Of a stretch of 64,000 nt of DNA, positions 9,033-16,874 are shown in pieces. The notes under the pieces are model-generated. The model saw only the letters and a program-made list of their open reading frames with translations, made no database searches and was not told the origin of the DNA. This stretch comes from a bacterium (lineage in GTDB: Bacteria > Patescibacteriota > Patescibacteriia > UBA1558 > UBA10009): contig JABHGM010000001.1 in the NCBI GenBank assembly GCA_018672055.1, positions 608,977-672,976 on the forward strand, given 5' to 3'. Numbering within the stretch: position 1 is the first letter of the stretch; every line of letters begins with the position of its first letter. A program made the translations under genes and the position numbers.

Positions 9033-9093
9033 TATATGTGCAGTTTTTATACCTTATTACGCATTTATTATTTTGTCAATAATATATGTTATA
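9033..9093 (-). promoter_or_regulatory. Conserved ~75-bp upstream module P1 with TTGACAAAATAAT and TATAAAA elements
   Basis: Near-identical to 10222-10283 (upstream of paralog B). Contains TTGACA and TATAAA hexamers and the AAAGAGG RBS. Confidence 0.5.
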
Positions 9094-9117
9094 TTTTTTG
9101 TTTTATATAATAAAAAA

Positions 9118-9141
9118 GCTCAGCAGAAATCTCTGCTGAGC
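9118..9141 (-). terminator. Rho-independent terminator of the 9158-9571 gene
   Basis: Hairpin GCTCAGCAG(aaatct)CTGCTGAGC. On the minus strand it is followed by TTTTTTATT. Confidence 0.6.
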
Positions 9142-9157
9142 ACTTAGGATATATTGT

Positions 9158-9571
9158 TTAGCCTCTTAACAATGAGCTAAATTCAATTTCACCATAACGT
9201 GAGTTTGTTTCGTATCGAAGCTTTGCTTCAACATGTGTGTCCAATGAATTTTTATCACGTTTTTTACCTGTTGAAATATTGCCATGCACTAAGATGTACC
9301 ATACACCTTTGCCCATGTTTGTTAACGTGATTACGGATTTAACTATGAGAAAGTACTTTTTATGTAAATCTACAATACCAAGTTTTTCCATCTCCACCCC
9401 AGGTCCAAAATTTTCTGTATATGTGGTAACTGGATCACCGGGAGTGAATTTAAACCATAATGGATCTACAAATATGATTTTATTTTGATGAATAAAGGCT
9501 GCGCAGATCTCAGATCTACGTGGGCCATTATCAATTTTTGGCATAACATGTGGTGTTCTTGGTGTTGTCAT
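9158..9571 (-). CDS. Hypothetical protein (137 aa) with visibly higher GC than its surroundings. The track ORF extends to 9610, but the RBS supports a start at 9571.
   Basis: AAAGGAG lies 8 nt before the ATG giving MTTPRTPHV…; the upstream MCPYKR extension has no RBS. Codons are richer in G/C than neighbouring genes. No domain recognised. Confidence 0.5.
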   Translation of the reverse strand: MTTPRTPHVMPKIDNGPRRSEICAAFIHQNKIIFVDPLWFKFTPGDPVTTYTENFGPGVEMEKLGIVDLHKKYFLIVKSVITLTNMGKGVWYILVHGNISTGKKRDKNSLDTHVEAKLRYETNSRYGEIEFSSLLRG

Positions 9572-9692
9572 ACAACAACTCCTTTCTTTTTTGCGCTTAT
9601 AAGGGCACATTCCTTGTTGCTTTGTTCTTAATGAGCCACCTACCCATACAGGCAGGGATTTTGTTAACCAATACCTTATCGATTAACAGGTT

Positions 9693-9728
9693 ACTATATA
9701 CTAGCATTTATAAATTGTCAATGCTAGT
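9693..9728 (-). promoter_or_regulatory. Putative promoter with -35 inside a 7-bp inverted repeat, followed by a ~115-nt leader
   Basis: Minus strand reads TTGACA, 17 bp, TATAGT. The plus strand shows CTAGCAT(…13 nt incl. -35…)ATGCTAG. The leader up to 9572 contains GC-rich hairpin-capable segments. Confidence 0.4.
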
Positions 9729-9748
9729 TTTTAAATTTTAATAAAAAA

Positions 9749-9775
9749 GAACCGTCTTAAATTATCTGACGGTTC
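9749..9775 (-). terminator. Conserved terminator module T2 of paralog B
   Basis: GAACCGTCTTAAATTATCTGACGGTTC, flanked by an A-tract and T-rich run. About 90% identical to 8563-8589. Confidence 0.6.
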
Positions 9776-9785
9776 TGATGAAATA

Positions 9786-10196
9786 TTATTCCTTGATTTC
9801 TAGAAATACTAATTCGAATTTAATTTCTAACTTTTTCTCGTCTCTAGAAAGGTTTATGGGGAAGAATGTAAGATTAATTATTACGTTTCCATTCCATTTT
9901 TTTTCTAATAATTCAAATTTATTTTGAGTAAGGAATTTATCTTCAAAATAATATTTTCCTATATCATTACCTTCTAATACTATAGAAATTTTTTCTTTAT
10001 ATAGTAACTTCTCTAGTATACTATAGTCTTGAATAAAATCTTTTAGGTTATCTGGTGTCTTATGCAGAAAAGTTCTAATTACGTTAGATTCATATTCATC
10101 TCCCATTTTAATCATTTTTTTAACACTTTCAAGTATTTCTGATCTGGCTAGAATGGCTTCTAACAAATGTTTTTCTTTTACATCACCTATAGCCAT
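9786..10196 (-). CDS. Small-protein family member B (136 aa)
   Basis: Homologous to 8616..9011 and 16096..16461. RBS AAAGGAG present. Confidence 0.6.
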   Translation of the reverse strand: MAIGDVKEKHLLEAILARSEILESVKKMIKMGDEYESNVIRTFLHKTPDNLKDFIQDYSILEKLLYKEKISIVLEGNDIGKYYFEDKFLTQNKFELLEKKWNGNVIINLTFFPINLSRDEKKLEIKFELVFLEIKE

Positions 10197-10221
10197 GATT
10201 ACTCCTTTTTGGCTTATTTTT

Positions 10222-10283
10222 TTATATGTTCAGTTTTTATACCTTATTACTCATTTATCATTTTGTCAATAATATATATATAA
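10222..10283 (-). promoter_or_regulatory. Conserved upstream module P2, paralogous to 9033-9093
   Basis: The TTATATGT(G/T)CAGTTTTTATACCTTATTAC(G/T)CATTTAT(T/C)ATTTTGTCAATAATATAT block is shared with P1. Confidence 0.5.
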
Positions 10284-10295
10284 ATAACTAAAACA

Positions 10296-10324
10296 TTGAC
10301 AAAATAAGAGAAAAATGATAGACT
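10296..10324 (+). promoter_or_regulatory. Putative promoter of the DEAD-box helicase gene, extended -10
   Basis: TTGACA, 17 bp, TGaTAGACT. The ATG at 10332 lies ~8 nt downstream, giving a near-leaderless transcript. Confidence 0.4.
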
Positions 10325-10331
10325 CAGCATT

Positions 10332-12050
10332 ATGATTTCAAAAGACAAAATTAAAACGTTTAAAGAACTAGGTTTAAAGGAAGATATAATGAAAAGTTTG
10401 GATGATTTAGGTTTTGAAAAGCCTACACCTATTCAAGCTGAAACTATTCCTTTCATTTTAAATTCTAAAAATGATTTAGTTGCTTTAGCACAAACTGGTA
10501 CTGGTAAAACAGCTGCTTTTAGTTTACCTATTTTAAACCAAATAAGTACTAATAAAAGAAGCTTAGATGCTTTTATACTATGTCCTACTCGTGAACTAGC
10601 TATACAAATATCAAGGGATATTGAATCATATACTAAACATACTAAAGGTATTAGTGTTACTGCTGTATATGGTGGTACTAGAATAGATTTACAGATTAGA
10701 ACACTAAGAAGAGGTGTAAATATTGTAGTTGGTACACCAGGTAGAGTACATGATTTAATTAGAAGAAATGTACTTAAATTAAACAGTGTTAAATGGTTAG
10801 TTTTAGATGAAGCTGATGAGATGCTAGATATGGGGTTTAAAGACGATCTAGACGCCATTTTAGAGCAAACACCGGATACTAGGCAGACATTACTGTTCTC
10901 AGCTACTATGTCTCGTGGTGTAAGTAATATTGCTAAGAATTATATGAAAAAGGCTAAAGAGATAAGTGTTGGTAGTAGAAATACTGGTGCTGAAAATGTT
11001 ACTCATGAATATTATGTAGTTCAAGCTAGAGATAGATTTGAAACACTAAAACGTATTTTAGATTGTATTCCTGATGTTTATGGTATATTATTTTGTAGAA
11101 CTAGACGTGAAACACAAGATGTTGCTGATAAGTTAAGGCAAGCTAAGTATCAAGCAGAAGCAATACACGGAGATGTTTCTCAGAGTAATAGGACTAAGAT
11201 AATGGATAGGTTTAAGAATAAGCATATTAAATTACTAGTTGCTACTGATGTAGCTGCTCGTGGTATTGATGTTAAAGATTTAACACATATTATTAATTAT
11301 AATCTACCTGATCAAAATACTTCATATACTCATAGAAGTGGTAGAACAGGTAGAGCAGATAAGAGTGGTATAGCTATATCCATAGTTGGACCAAGAGATA
11401 TTAGAAAGATTAAAGAATTAGAAAAGGCTTTAAATAAGCCATTTGAGTATAAACAAGTACCAAGCGGTAAAGATATACATGAAAGACAAATTGATAATTT
11501 TATTGATTCAATTAAAGTATCTGATTCTGAAAAAATTGATGCCAAGTTTCTTGAAGATATTACTCATAAATTAAAAGGAGTTAAGAAAGAAGATTTAATA
11601 AAACATTTTGTTTCTAAAGAATTAAGTCATTTATTTAATGATAATCAAGGAACTCGTGATTTAAATAGTACTTTTAAAGCTAATGCTGAAAAGAGCAGAA
11701 CTTTAAATAATGCTACTTATTTAAAGATTAATTTAGGTAGAAAACATAGATTTAATATCAAAACATTATTTGCTATGATCAATTCTAGTAATAAGTTACG
11801 TGGCATGCATATTGGACAAATAGATTTACATCCAGAGTATTCTACATTTGCTGTTGAAAAAAAGTATGTATCAGAAGTAATCAATTCTTTAAATAAGAAT
11901 AAGTTTAGTAAAATGCCAGTTGAGGTTAGTGTAAGTAATGATCAAATTACTGAAGCTACAGATAATTTTTCAAGAAAAAGAAATAGAAGAAAGAATAAGA
12001 GTCCTAGAAGAAATAAAGGTAATAGAGGTGATTACAGAAGACGTAGATAA
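10332..12050 (+). CDS. DEAD-box ATP-dependent RNA helicase with C-terminal DbpA-like RNA-binding domain and basic RG/RR tail
   Basis: Motifs AQTGTGKT, PTRELA, DEAD (LVLDEADEML), SAT, HRSGRTGR. Tail NRRKNKSPRRNKGNRGDYRRRR. Confidence 0.9.
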   Translation: MISKDKIKTFKELGLKEDIMKSLDDLGFEKPTPIQAETIPFILNSKNDLVALAQTGTGKTAAFSLPILNQISTNKRSLDAFILCPTRELAIQISRDIESYTKHTKGISVTAVYGGTRIDLQIRTLRRGVNIVVGTPGRVHDLIRRNVLKLNSVKWLVLDEADEMLDMGFKDDLDAILEQTPDTRQTLLFSATMSRGVSNIAKNYMKKAKEISVGSRNTGAENVTHEYYVVQARDRFETLKRILDCIPDVYGILFCRTRRETQDVADKLRQAKYQAEAIHGDVSQSNRTKIMDRFKNKHIKLLVATDVAARGIDVKDLTHIINYNLPDQNTSYTHRSGRTGRADKSGIAISIVGPRDIRKIKELEKALNKPFEYKQVPSGKDIHERQIDNFIDSIKVSDSEKIDAKFLEDITHKLKGVKKEDLIKHFVSKELSHLFNDNQGTRDLNSTFKANAEKSRTLNNATYLKINLGRKHRFNIKTLFAMINSSNKLRGMHIGQIDLHPEYSTFAVEKKYVSEVINSLNKNKFSKMPVEVSVSNDQITEATDNFSRKRNRRKNKSPRRNKGNRGDYRRRR

Positions 12051-12074
12051 TATTAATTTAAATATATATTAAAA

Positions 12075-12099
12075 ACATTCCCATATTGGGAATGTTTTA
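12075..12099 (+). terminator. Rho-independent terminator
   Basis: ACATTCCCA-TAT-TGGGAATGT 9-bp stem followed by TTTT. Confidence 0.7.
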
Positions 12100-12162
12100 G
12101 TTTAAACTAGAATTATTAATATATTTTTGATATAGTATATCTATAATTTATATATATTAAAT

Positions 12163-12777
12163 ATGAATAGTGGAAAAGAATTAGTAACTGAATTAATAAA
12201 ACTTCAGACTAAATATACTAAAACAGATAGAGCAATTACTACACGTGAAAAGTATGAAGCTTTTTATTTAAATAAATTTGTTAAAGAATTAGATTTTAAT
12301 AATAAATTATTAAGAGAATCATTAATTGAACATGTAGGGCATTTACCAATTATTGCTACTTTTTTATACCCTCATATTGAGAATAGAGATAAAATAGATT
12401 TAGGTAAAACATTATTAATGTTAGCTATACATGATATTGGTGAAACTGAAGTAGGTGATGTTATAACATATAAGAAAACAAAAGAGCATCAAAATTTAGA
12501 AATAGCTGCTGCTAAAAATATACTTGATGAGTCATATATTGATATTTTTCAAGAGTTTGAAGATGTAGAAAGCTTAGAAGCTAAATTTGCTAAAGCTATT
12601 GATTCATTAGCTCCACTTTTACATGAGGTAGATTTACCAGATGTAACTGCAAAGAGATTTAAATATTTTGGTTTTAATGAAGAAACTATTATAAAAAAGA
12701 AAAGACCCCTTTTTATTTGGGATAGTGTGTTGCTAGGTATATTTGATTATTGTATTGAAGAATATAAAAAGATTTAA
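12163..12777 (+). CDS. HD-domain phosphohydrolase (YfbR-like 5'-deoxynucleotidase family)
   Basis: H…HD signature: HVGHLP … LAIHDIGETEVGD. Confidence 0.6.
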   Translation: MNSGKELVTELIKLQTKYTKTDRAITTREKYEAFYLNKFVKELDFNNKLLRESLIEHVGHLPIIATFLYPHIENRDKIDLGKTLLMLAIHDIGETEVGDVITYKKTKEHQNLEIAAAKNILDESYIDIFQEFEDVESLEAKFAKAIDSLAPLLHEVDLPDVTAKRFKYFGFNEETIIKKKRPLFIWDSVLLGIFDYCIEEYKKI

Positions 12778-12852
12778 AATTAATTAGAATATATATAATA
12801 TATCACTAATTAGCGATATTTATATATATTTTTTTAATAAAGTATACATACT

Positions 12853-12888
12853 TGACAATATTCTATAAATATGCTATTATAGTATAAT
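12853..12888 (+). promoter_or_regulatory. Strong promoter driving the GC-rich module
   Basis: TTGACA, 17 bp, TATTAT, with a second TATAAT 2 bp later. The ~120-nt leader carries hairpin TTACTGTAA-TGTT-TACAGTAA at 12923-12946. Confidence 0.55.
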
Positions 12889-12986
12889 GTTTTTTGAAAA
12901 TTAAATAATTTAGAAATCAATGGTTACTGTAATGTTTACAGTAAAATAAGTAGTTTATTAGAAAGTAAGAAACACGTAAAACGTTT

Positions 12987-13039
12987 ATCCAAAGGAGATA
13001 AAGATGAGTAAATATCCAAAGGAGATAAAGATGAGTAAA
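12987..13039 (+). repeat. 27-bp tandem duplication spanning the RBS and start codon
   Basis: ATCCAAAGGAGATAAAGATGAGTAAA occurs twice (12987-13012 and 13014-13039), separated by one T. It creates two in-frame ATGs 27 nt apart. Confidence 0.85.
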
Positions 13040-13432
13040 AAAAATGAATACCGTGATGGTGCAACAATAGTAGCTAAAGAGTCAGCTTGGACTTTTTGGA
13101 GATTTTTACCACTATTACTTCTTGTTATTGTAGTAGTACTTCTGGTCGTTTGGAGTCTGAAAAGTACTGGTATCATCGGAAAGGATATTGAACGTGAAGT
13201 CGTTCAACACAGCCAGCAGTATGTTGAGTCAAAACAGGCTAAATTGCAGAATCTGTATACCAAGTATGTTGAATTACAAACAAAGGCAACAGAGGCTGAA
13301 TTTGCCGGTGTAACAGAACTGGTTGATGTATATTATGCACAGCAGAAAGCAATTTTGGTTCAGATGCGCCGAGAGGTAACAAACATTCCCTCTCATCAGG
13401 TTCCACCAGAAGTTCAGAAGCTCTTACAATAA
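13031..13432 (+). CDS. Membrane-anchored coiled-coil protein, hypothetical. The alternative start at 13004 is created by the duplication.
   Basis: Single TM helix (FLPLLLLVIVVVLLVVW) then a helical, Q/E-rich region. Noticeably higher GC than the flanking genes. Confidence 0.55.
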   Translation: MSKKNEYRDGATIVAKESAWTFWRFLPLLLLVIVVVLLVVWSLKSTGIIGKDIEREVVQHSQQYVESKQAKLQNLYTKYVELQTKATEAEFAGVTELVDVYYAQQKAILVQMRREVTNIPSHQVPPEVQKLLQ

Positions 13433-13459
13433 AAAACTCAAATGATAAGGAGAAATGAA

Positions 13460-14083
13460 ATGAAGAAATGTAGATTATACTTTATGGGTTTACTGATTTT
13501 TGCAGTAATGATACTAACAGGCTGTAATGCATGTGCAAATAACAGTTCTGAGGCAAAAGATCAGGCAACGGTTGCTAAACAGCAGGGGATTTATCAAGAT
13601 GTGCAACCAGTGCATATCTATGATTATTCTATTCCCAGAGATATATATCAGCAGATATATGATGTTACAACGACTCAAGTTGTTGCAACATATTCCGTGA
13701 TTGAATCAATTACTGGATTAACTCGGTACGAATGTCCTTCTATGGGTTATGCTATTCCAGCTGATGTTAGTTTAACGAATCCTCTCCAGGGTACTTATAA
13801 CTTTGATAGTGTTGGAGTAGATGAGTTTTCTCAGGTAATTGAACAGGCAGAGCCTAATGGTCTATTCAGTTCAAAGAATACTGATGCCACATGGGTAATG
13901 TGTGTAGAGTTGGGAAGCGGAGAGGTGTATCCTATTTATGTAGAACATAAAGTAATGACATTTCCATTTATTATGGAAAAAAATAAGAAAGATCAATGGG
14001 TTCGAGCTGATAATAAACCAATCGCTTTCAAAATCGAAATCAAAAATGGTAATCAAGGAGGCAAACCTCCTAAGGTAAATTAA
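13460..14083 (+). CDS. Predicted lipoprotein, hypothetical. The track ORF starts at 13442.
   Basis: AAGGAGA sits 6 nt before the ATG at 13460. Signal plus lipobox MKKCRLYFMGLLIFAVMILTGC. GC-richer composition. Confidence 0.6.
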   Translation: MKKCRLYFMGLLIFAVMILTGCNACANNSSEAKDQATVAKQQGIYQDVQPVHIYDYSIPRDIYQQIYDVTTTQVVATYSVIESITGLTRYECPSMGYAIPADVSLTNPLQGTYNFDSVGVDEFSQVIEQAEPNGLFSSKNTDATWVMCVELGSGEVYPIYVEHKVMTFPFIMEKNKKDQWVRADNKPIAFKIEIKNGNQGGKPPKVN

Positions 14084-14105
14084 ATTTACTGACCATAAAT
14101 AATAA

Positions 14106-14146
14106 AACCCGGCATGTATTCTGTATGTGTCGGGTTATTTTTTTAA
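14106..14146 (+). terminator. Rho-independent terminator between the convergent 13460-14083 gene and typA
   Basis: AACCCGGCAT…GTGTCGGGTT hairpin followed by ATTTTTTTT. Confidence 0.6.
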
Positions 14147-14160
14147 TCTAAAAATATTTT

Positions 14161-15951
14161 TTATTTAGCTCTATGTACTCTAACTCTTTCGCTTTCAGTT
14201 AAAGCTTGTTTTCTTAAACGTATATTATGTGGGGTAACTTCTAAGTATTCATCTTCGCTCATTATGCTCATACCACGTTCTAGGGTTAAATCAATAGGTG
14301 GTGTTAAGTTTATTGCTTCATCAGCACCTGAGGCTCTCATATTACTTAGTTGTTTACCTTTAATTGGGTTAACTGTCATATCATCGCCTTTAGCTGCATT
14401 ACCGATTACCATACCCTCATATACTTCTGTATTAGCTGGTATATATAGTTCGCCTCTATTTTGTAAGTTATATAGTGAAAAGCCTAAGGCTTTACCTGTA
14501 GCCATTGAAATCATAGAACCTAGTTCTGTTTTTTTAATTTCACCAGCATATGGTTTAAAACCAATTACGTGAGTATATAATATGCCTTCACCCTTAGTAT
14601 CAACTACAAATTCATTCTTATAACCTAGTAATCCACGTGTTGGTATTTCAAAGATAAGTCTTGTATTACCATGTTCTGGTCCCATTTCTAAAAGGTTACC
14701 TTTTCTTTTAGCTAGTTTTTTAATAACTGCACCTGTCATATCATCTGGTACATTAATAGTTACTTCTTCAAAAGGTTCTGATTTTTTACCATCTATATCT
14801 TTAATAATAACGTGAGGTTGAGAAATTTGTAATTCATAACCTTCACGTCTCATATTTTCTAAAAGAATTGCAATATGCATTTCACCTCTACCATGTACTT
14901 TGTAATATTCTGAAACAGAGAAATCTATTTTAAGTCCTACATTAACTTCTAATTCTTTTTCTAATCTTTCTTTAATTTGAGTATTTGTAACAAACTTACC
15001 ATCTTGTCCAGCATACGGAGAGTTATTTACGTAAAAATTTAAGGAAATTGTTGGTTCATCAATACTAATTGCTGGTAGTGGTTCTTGCTTTTCATCATCA
15101 CATATTGTTTCACCAATATATATATCAGGAAGTCCAGCAATCATAACAATGTCACCGGCACTAGCAACTTTTACTTCTTCTCTGGCTACTCCTTTAAAAG
15201 TAAATAGTTTTGTAATCTTGCCTTTTCTTATAGTACCATCTACATTTTTTATAAAAATATTATCTGCTTGTTTTATAGTTCCTTGATAGATTCTACCGAT
15301 AGCTAAACGTCCTAAGTAATCATCATAAGCTAAATTAAAAGGTTGAACAGTTAAAGGTTTTTTTAAAGCCTCTTCAAGTGAAGCAACTGGTACATGTTCT
15401 AAAATAGCGTCTAATAGGGGAGTTAAATCTTTTTTTTCATCATCATAATTTGTTATAGCAACACCTTGTTTAGCTATAGCATAAAGAGTAGTAAAATCTA
15501 ATTGTTCATCAGTTGCTCCTAGATCTAAAAATAGTTCATATACTTGTTCTTGTGCTATATCAGGTTGAGCTGCTGGTTTATCAATTTTATTTATTACGAC
15601 AATTGGTTTTAAACCTAAATCAAGAGACTTCTTTAAAACAAACTTAGTTTGAGGCATTGGTCCTTCTTGAGCATCAACAACTAAAATAACACTATCAATT
15701 GATCTTAAAACACGTTCTACCTCGGAACCGAAATCAGCATGTCCTGGAGTATCAACTATATTAATCTTAGATTCTTTGTAGTAGACAGAAGTATTTTTTG
15801 AATAAATAGTAATACCACGCTCTTGTTCTAGAGCGTCGTTATCCATACTAGTATCACTGGTAGACATACCTGTTTGTTGCATTAGAGCATCAGTTAAGGT
15901 TGTTTTACCATGATCTACATGGGCTATAATTGCTATATTTCTAATAGTCAT
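14161..15951 (-). CDS. typA: Translational GTPase TypA/BipA
   Basis: AIIAHVDHGKTTL, DTPGHADF, NKID G-domain motifs. Length 596 aa. Confidence 0.9.
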   Translation of the reverse strand: MTIRNIAIIAHVDHGKTTLTDALMQQTGMSTSDTSMDNDALEQERGITIYSKNTSVYYKESKINIVDTPGHADFGSEVERVLRSIDSVILVVDAQEGPMPQTKFVLKKSLDLGLKPIVVINKIDKPAAQPDIAQEQVYELFLDLGATDEQLDFTTLYAIAKQGVAITNYDDEKKDLTPLLDAILEHVPVASLEEALKKPLTVQPFNLAYDDYLGRLAIGRIYQGTIKQADNIFIKNVDGTIRKGKITKLFTFKGVAREEVKVASAGDIVMIAGLPDIYIGETICDDEKQEPLPAISIDEPTISLNFYVNNSPYAGQDGKFVTNTQIKERLEKELEVNVGLKIDFSVSEYYKVHGRGEMHIAILLENMRREGYELQISQPHVIIKDIDGKKSEPFEEVTINVPDDMTGAVIKKLAKRKGNLLEMGPEHGNTRLIFEIPTRGLLGYKNEFVVDTKGEGILYTHVIGFKPYAGEIKKTELGSMISMATGKALGFSLYNLQNRGELYIPANTEVYEGMVIGNAAKGDDMTVNPIKGKQLSNMRASGADEAINLTPPIDLTLERGMSIMSEDEYLEVTPHNIRLRKQALTESERVRVHRAK

Positions 15952-15962
15952 AATTTAAGGGT

Positions 15963-15988
15963 TTAAATAAAACCGCCTCAACAGGCGG
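15963..15988 (-). promoter_or_regulatory. Terminator-like hairpin plus U-tract inside the typA 5' leader (possible attenuator)
   Basis: Minus strand reads CCGCCT-GTTG-AGGCGG then TTTTATTTAA. It lies between the putative typA promoter and its ATG. Confidence 0.4.
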
Positions 15989-16007
15989 AACCTTTAATAA
16001 CTCAGGA

Positions 16008-16036
16008 ATAATACTATATCTTTAAATAAAAGTCAA
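16008..16036 (-). promoter_or_regulatory. Putative typA promoter
   Basis: Minus strand TTGACT, 17 bp, TATTAT. Confidence 0.4.
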
Positions 16037-16061
16037 GTGTAATAGGCGTTTGTATTAAAAA

Positions 16062-16081
16062 AACCGTCATTATTGACGGTT
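16062..16081 (-). terminator. Conserved terminator module T3 of paralog C
   Basis: AACCGTCATTATTGACGGTT followed by TGATTTGAT. Same stem sequence as T1 and T2. Confidence 0.55.
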
Positions 16082-16095
16082 TGATTTGATAGTAT

Positions 16096-16461
16096 TTAAA
16101 CTAAGGCAACTTTGATACTTATAACTATCCATTCATATGGCACTTGCGTAAAAGTAAATGAAATATTGTTATCCCAAGCTTTTGTTAGTTTTTCAAAACT
16201 GGCTTTTGTTGTCCGATGATCCTTAAAGACAGAATTTCTATTTTTTTCCTTAAGAATGATAGATAACTCTATTTTGCCTTTTTTTATTAAAGCCTCTATT
16301 AAGCCTGATGCTTTAATATAGTGGTGGAGCTCTTTGGGCGCAGCTTCAATTAACTTACGTATAACATCATTTTCTTTTTCTTTAAGGTCTTGAAACTTTT
16401 TTTCATATTCAGTTTCTAACTCCAACTTGGCAGTTATTAGATTAGATAACAGATTTGCCAT
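16096..16461 (-). CDS. Small-protein family member C (121 aa)
   Basis: Shares the LIxKGKIxLSIIL…FEKLTKAWDNN block with members A and B. Upstream TTGACAAAATA element. Confidence 0.55.
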   Translation of the reverse strand: MANLLSNLITAKLELETEYEKKFQDLKEKENDVIRKLIEAAPKELHHYIKASGLIEALIKKGKIELSIILKEKNRNSVFKDHRTTKASFEKLTKAWDNNISFTFTQVPYEWIVISIKVALV

Positions 16462-16559
16462 TATTACCTCGTTTTAGATTTTTGTATTATTTACTAATAT
16501 CTTTTTGTACAAGATAGGTCAGCTTACTCTTGTTATTCTATTTTGTCAAGGTTTTGGTC

Positions 16560-16874
16560 TTATTCTTCTTCAGGTTTTTCAATTTCTATTTTTTTAAATG
16601 GGTCTGTTATTTCTGAAACATCAATAATTGGGGAGTAATTGTTATTTAATTTTTCTATAACATTTTCAGTTAAATTTATATCAATTTTATTAAGTGATAC
16701 TTTATCAATATATTGTAGAATTAATTTACTATTATCTTGAATTACGTGATATTGTCTAAATATTAAAAAGAGCGAGGAAGAAATAATTAAAAGCGTTACT
16801 ATTAGTATTACTAAAGTAATGTTAATTTTAGGTAATTTAATTTTTAAATTTATTTTTTTCATATAGTTAACCAA
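16560..16874 (-). CDS. Small single-pass membrane protein at the distal end of the pilMNO operon (PilP-position)
   Basis: N-terminal TM helix VILIVTLLIISSSLFLIF. Overlaps the pilO stop. No lipobox. Confidence 0.4.
   Translation of the reverse strand: MVNYMKKINLKIKLPKINITLVILIVTLLIISSSLFLIFRQYHVIQDNSKLILQYIDKVSLNKIDINLTENVIEKLNNNYSPIIDVSEITDPFKKIEIEKPEEE

Noticed and set aside
9572-9610. 13-codon N-terminal extension (MCPYKRKKERSCC) of the 9158 ORF
   Set aside because: A strong AAAGGAG RBS sits 8 nt before the internal ATG at 9571. The extension has no RBS and overlaps the leader.
9237-9741. Plus-strand ORFs 9237..9488 and 9550..9741
   Set aside because: Antisense to the 9158..9571 gene and its leader. 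No start context.
10433-11545. Minus ORFs inside the DEAD-box helicase gene
   Set aside because: Shadow ORFs of a highly conserved gene.
12985-13176. Minus 63-aa ORF
   Set aside because: Overlaps the duplicated RBS/start region and the N-terminus of the plus-strand gene. The translation is a repeat artefact (…FISFGYLLIFISFG).
13871-14572. ORFs 13871..14056 (-) and 14264..14572 (+)
   Set aside because: Antisense to the lipoprotein gene and to typA respectively.
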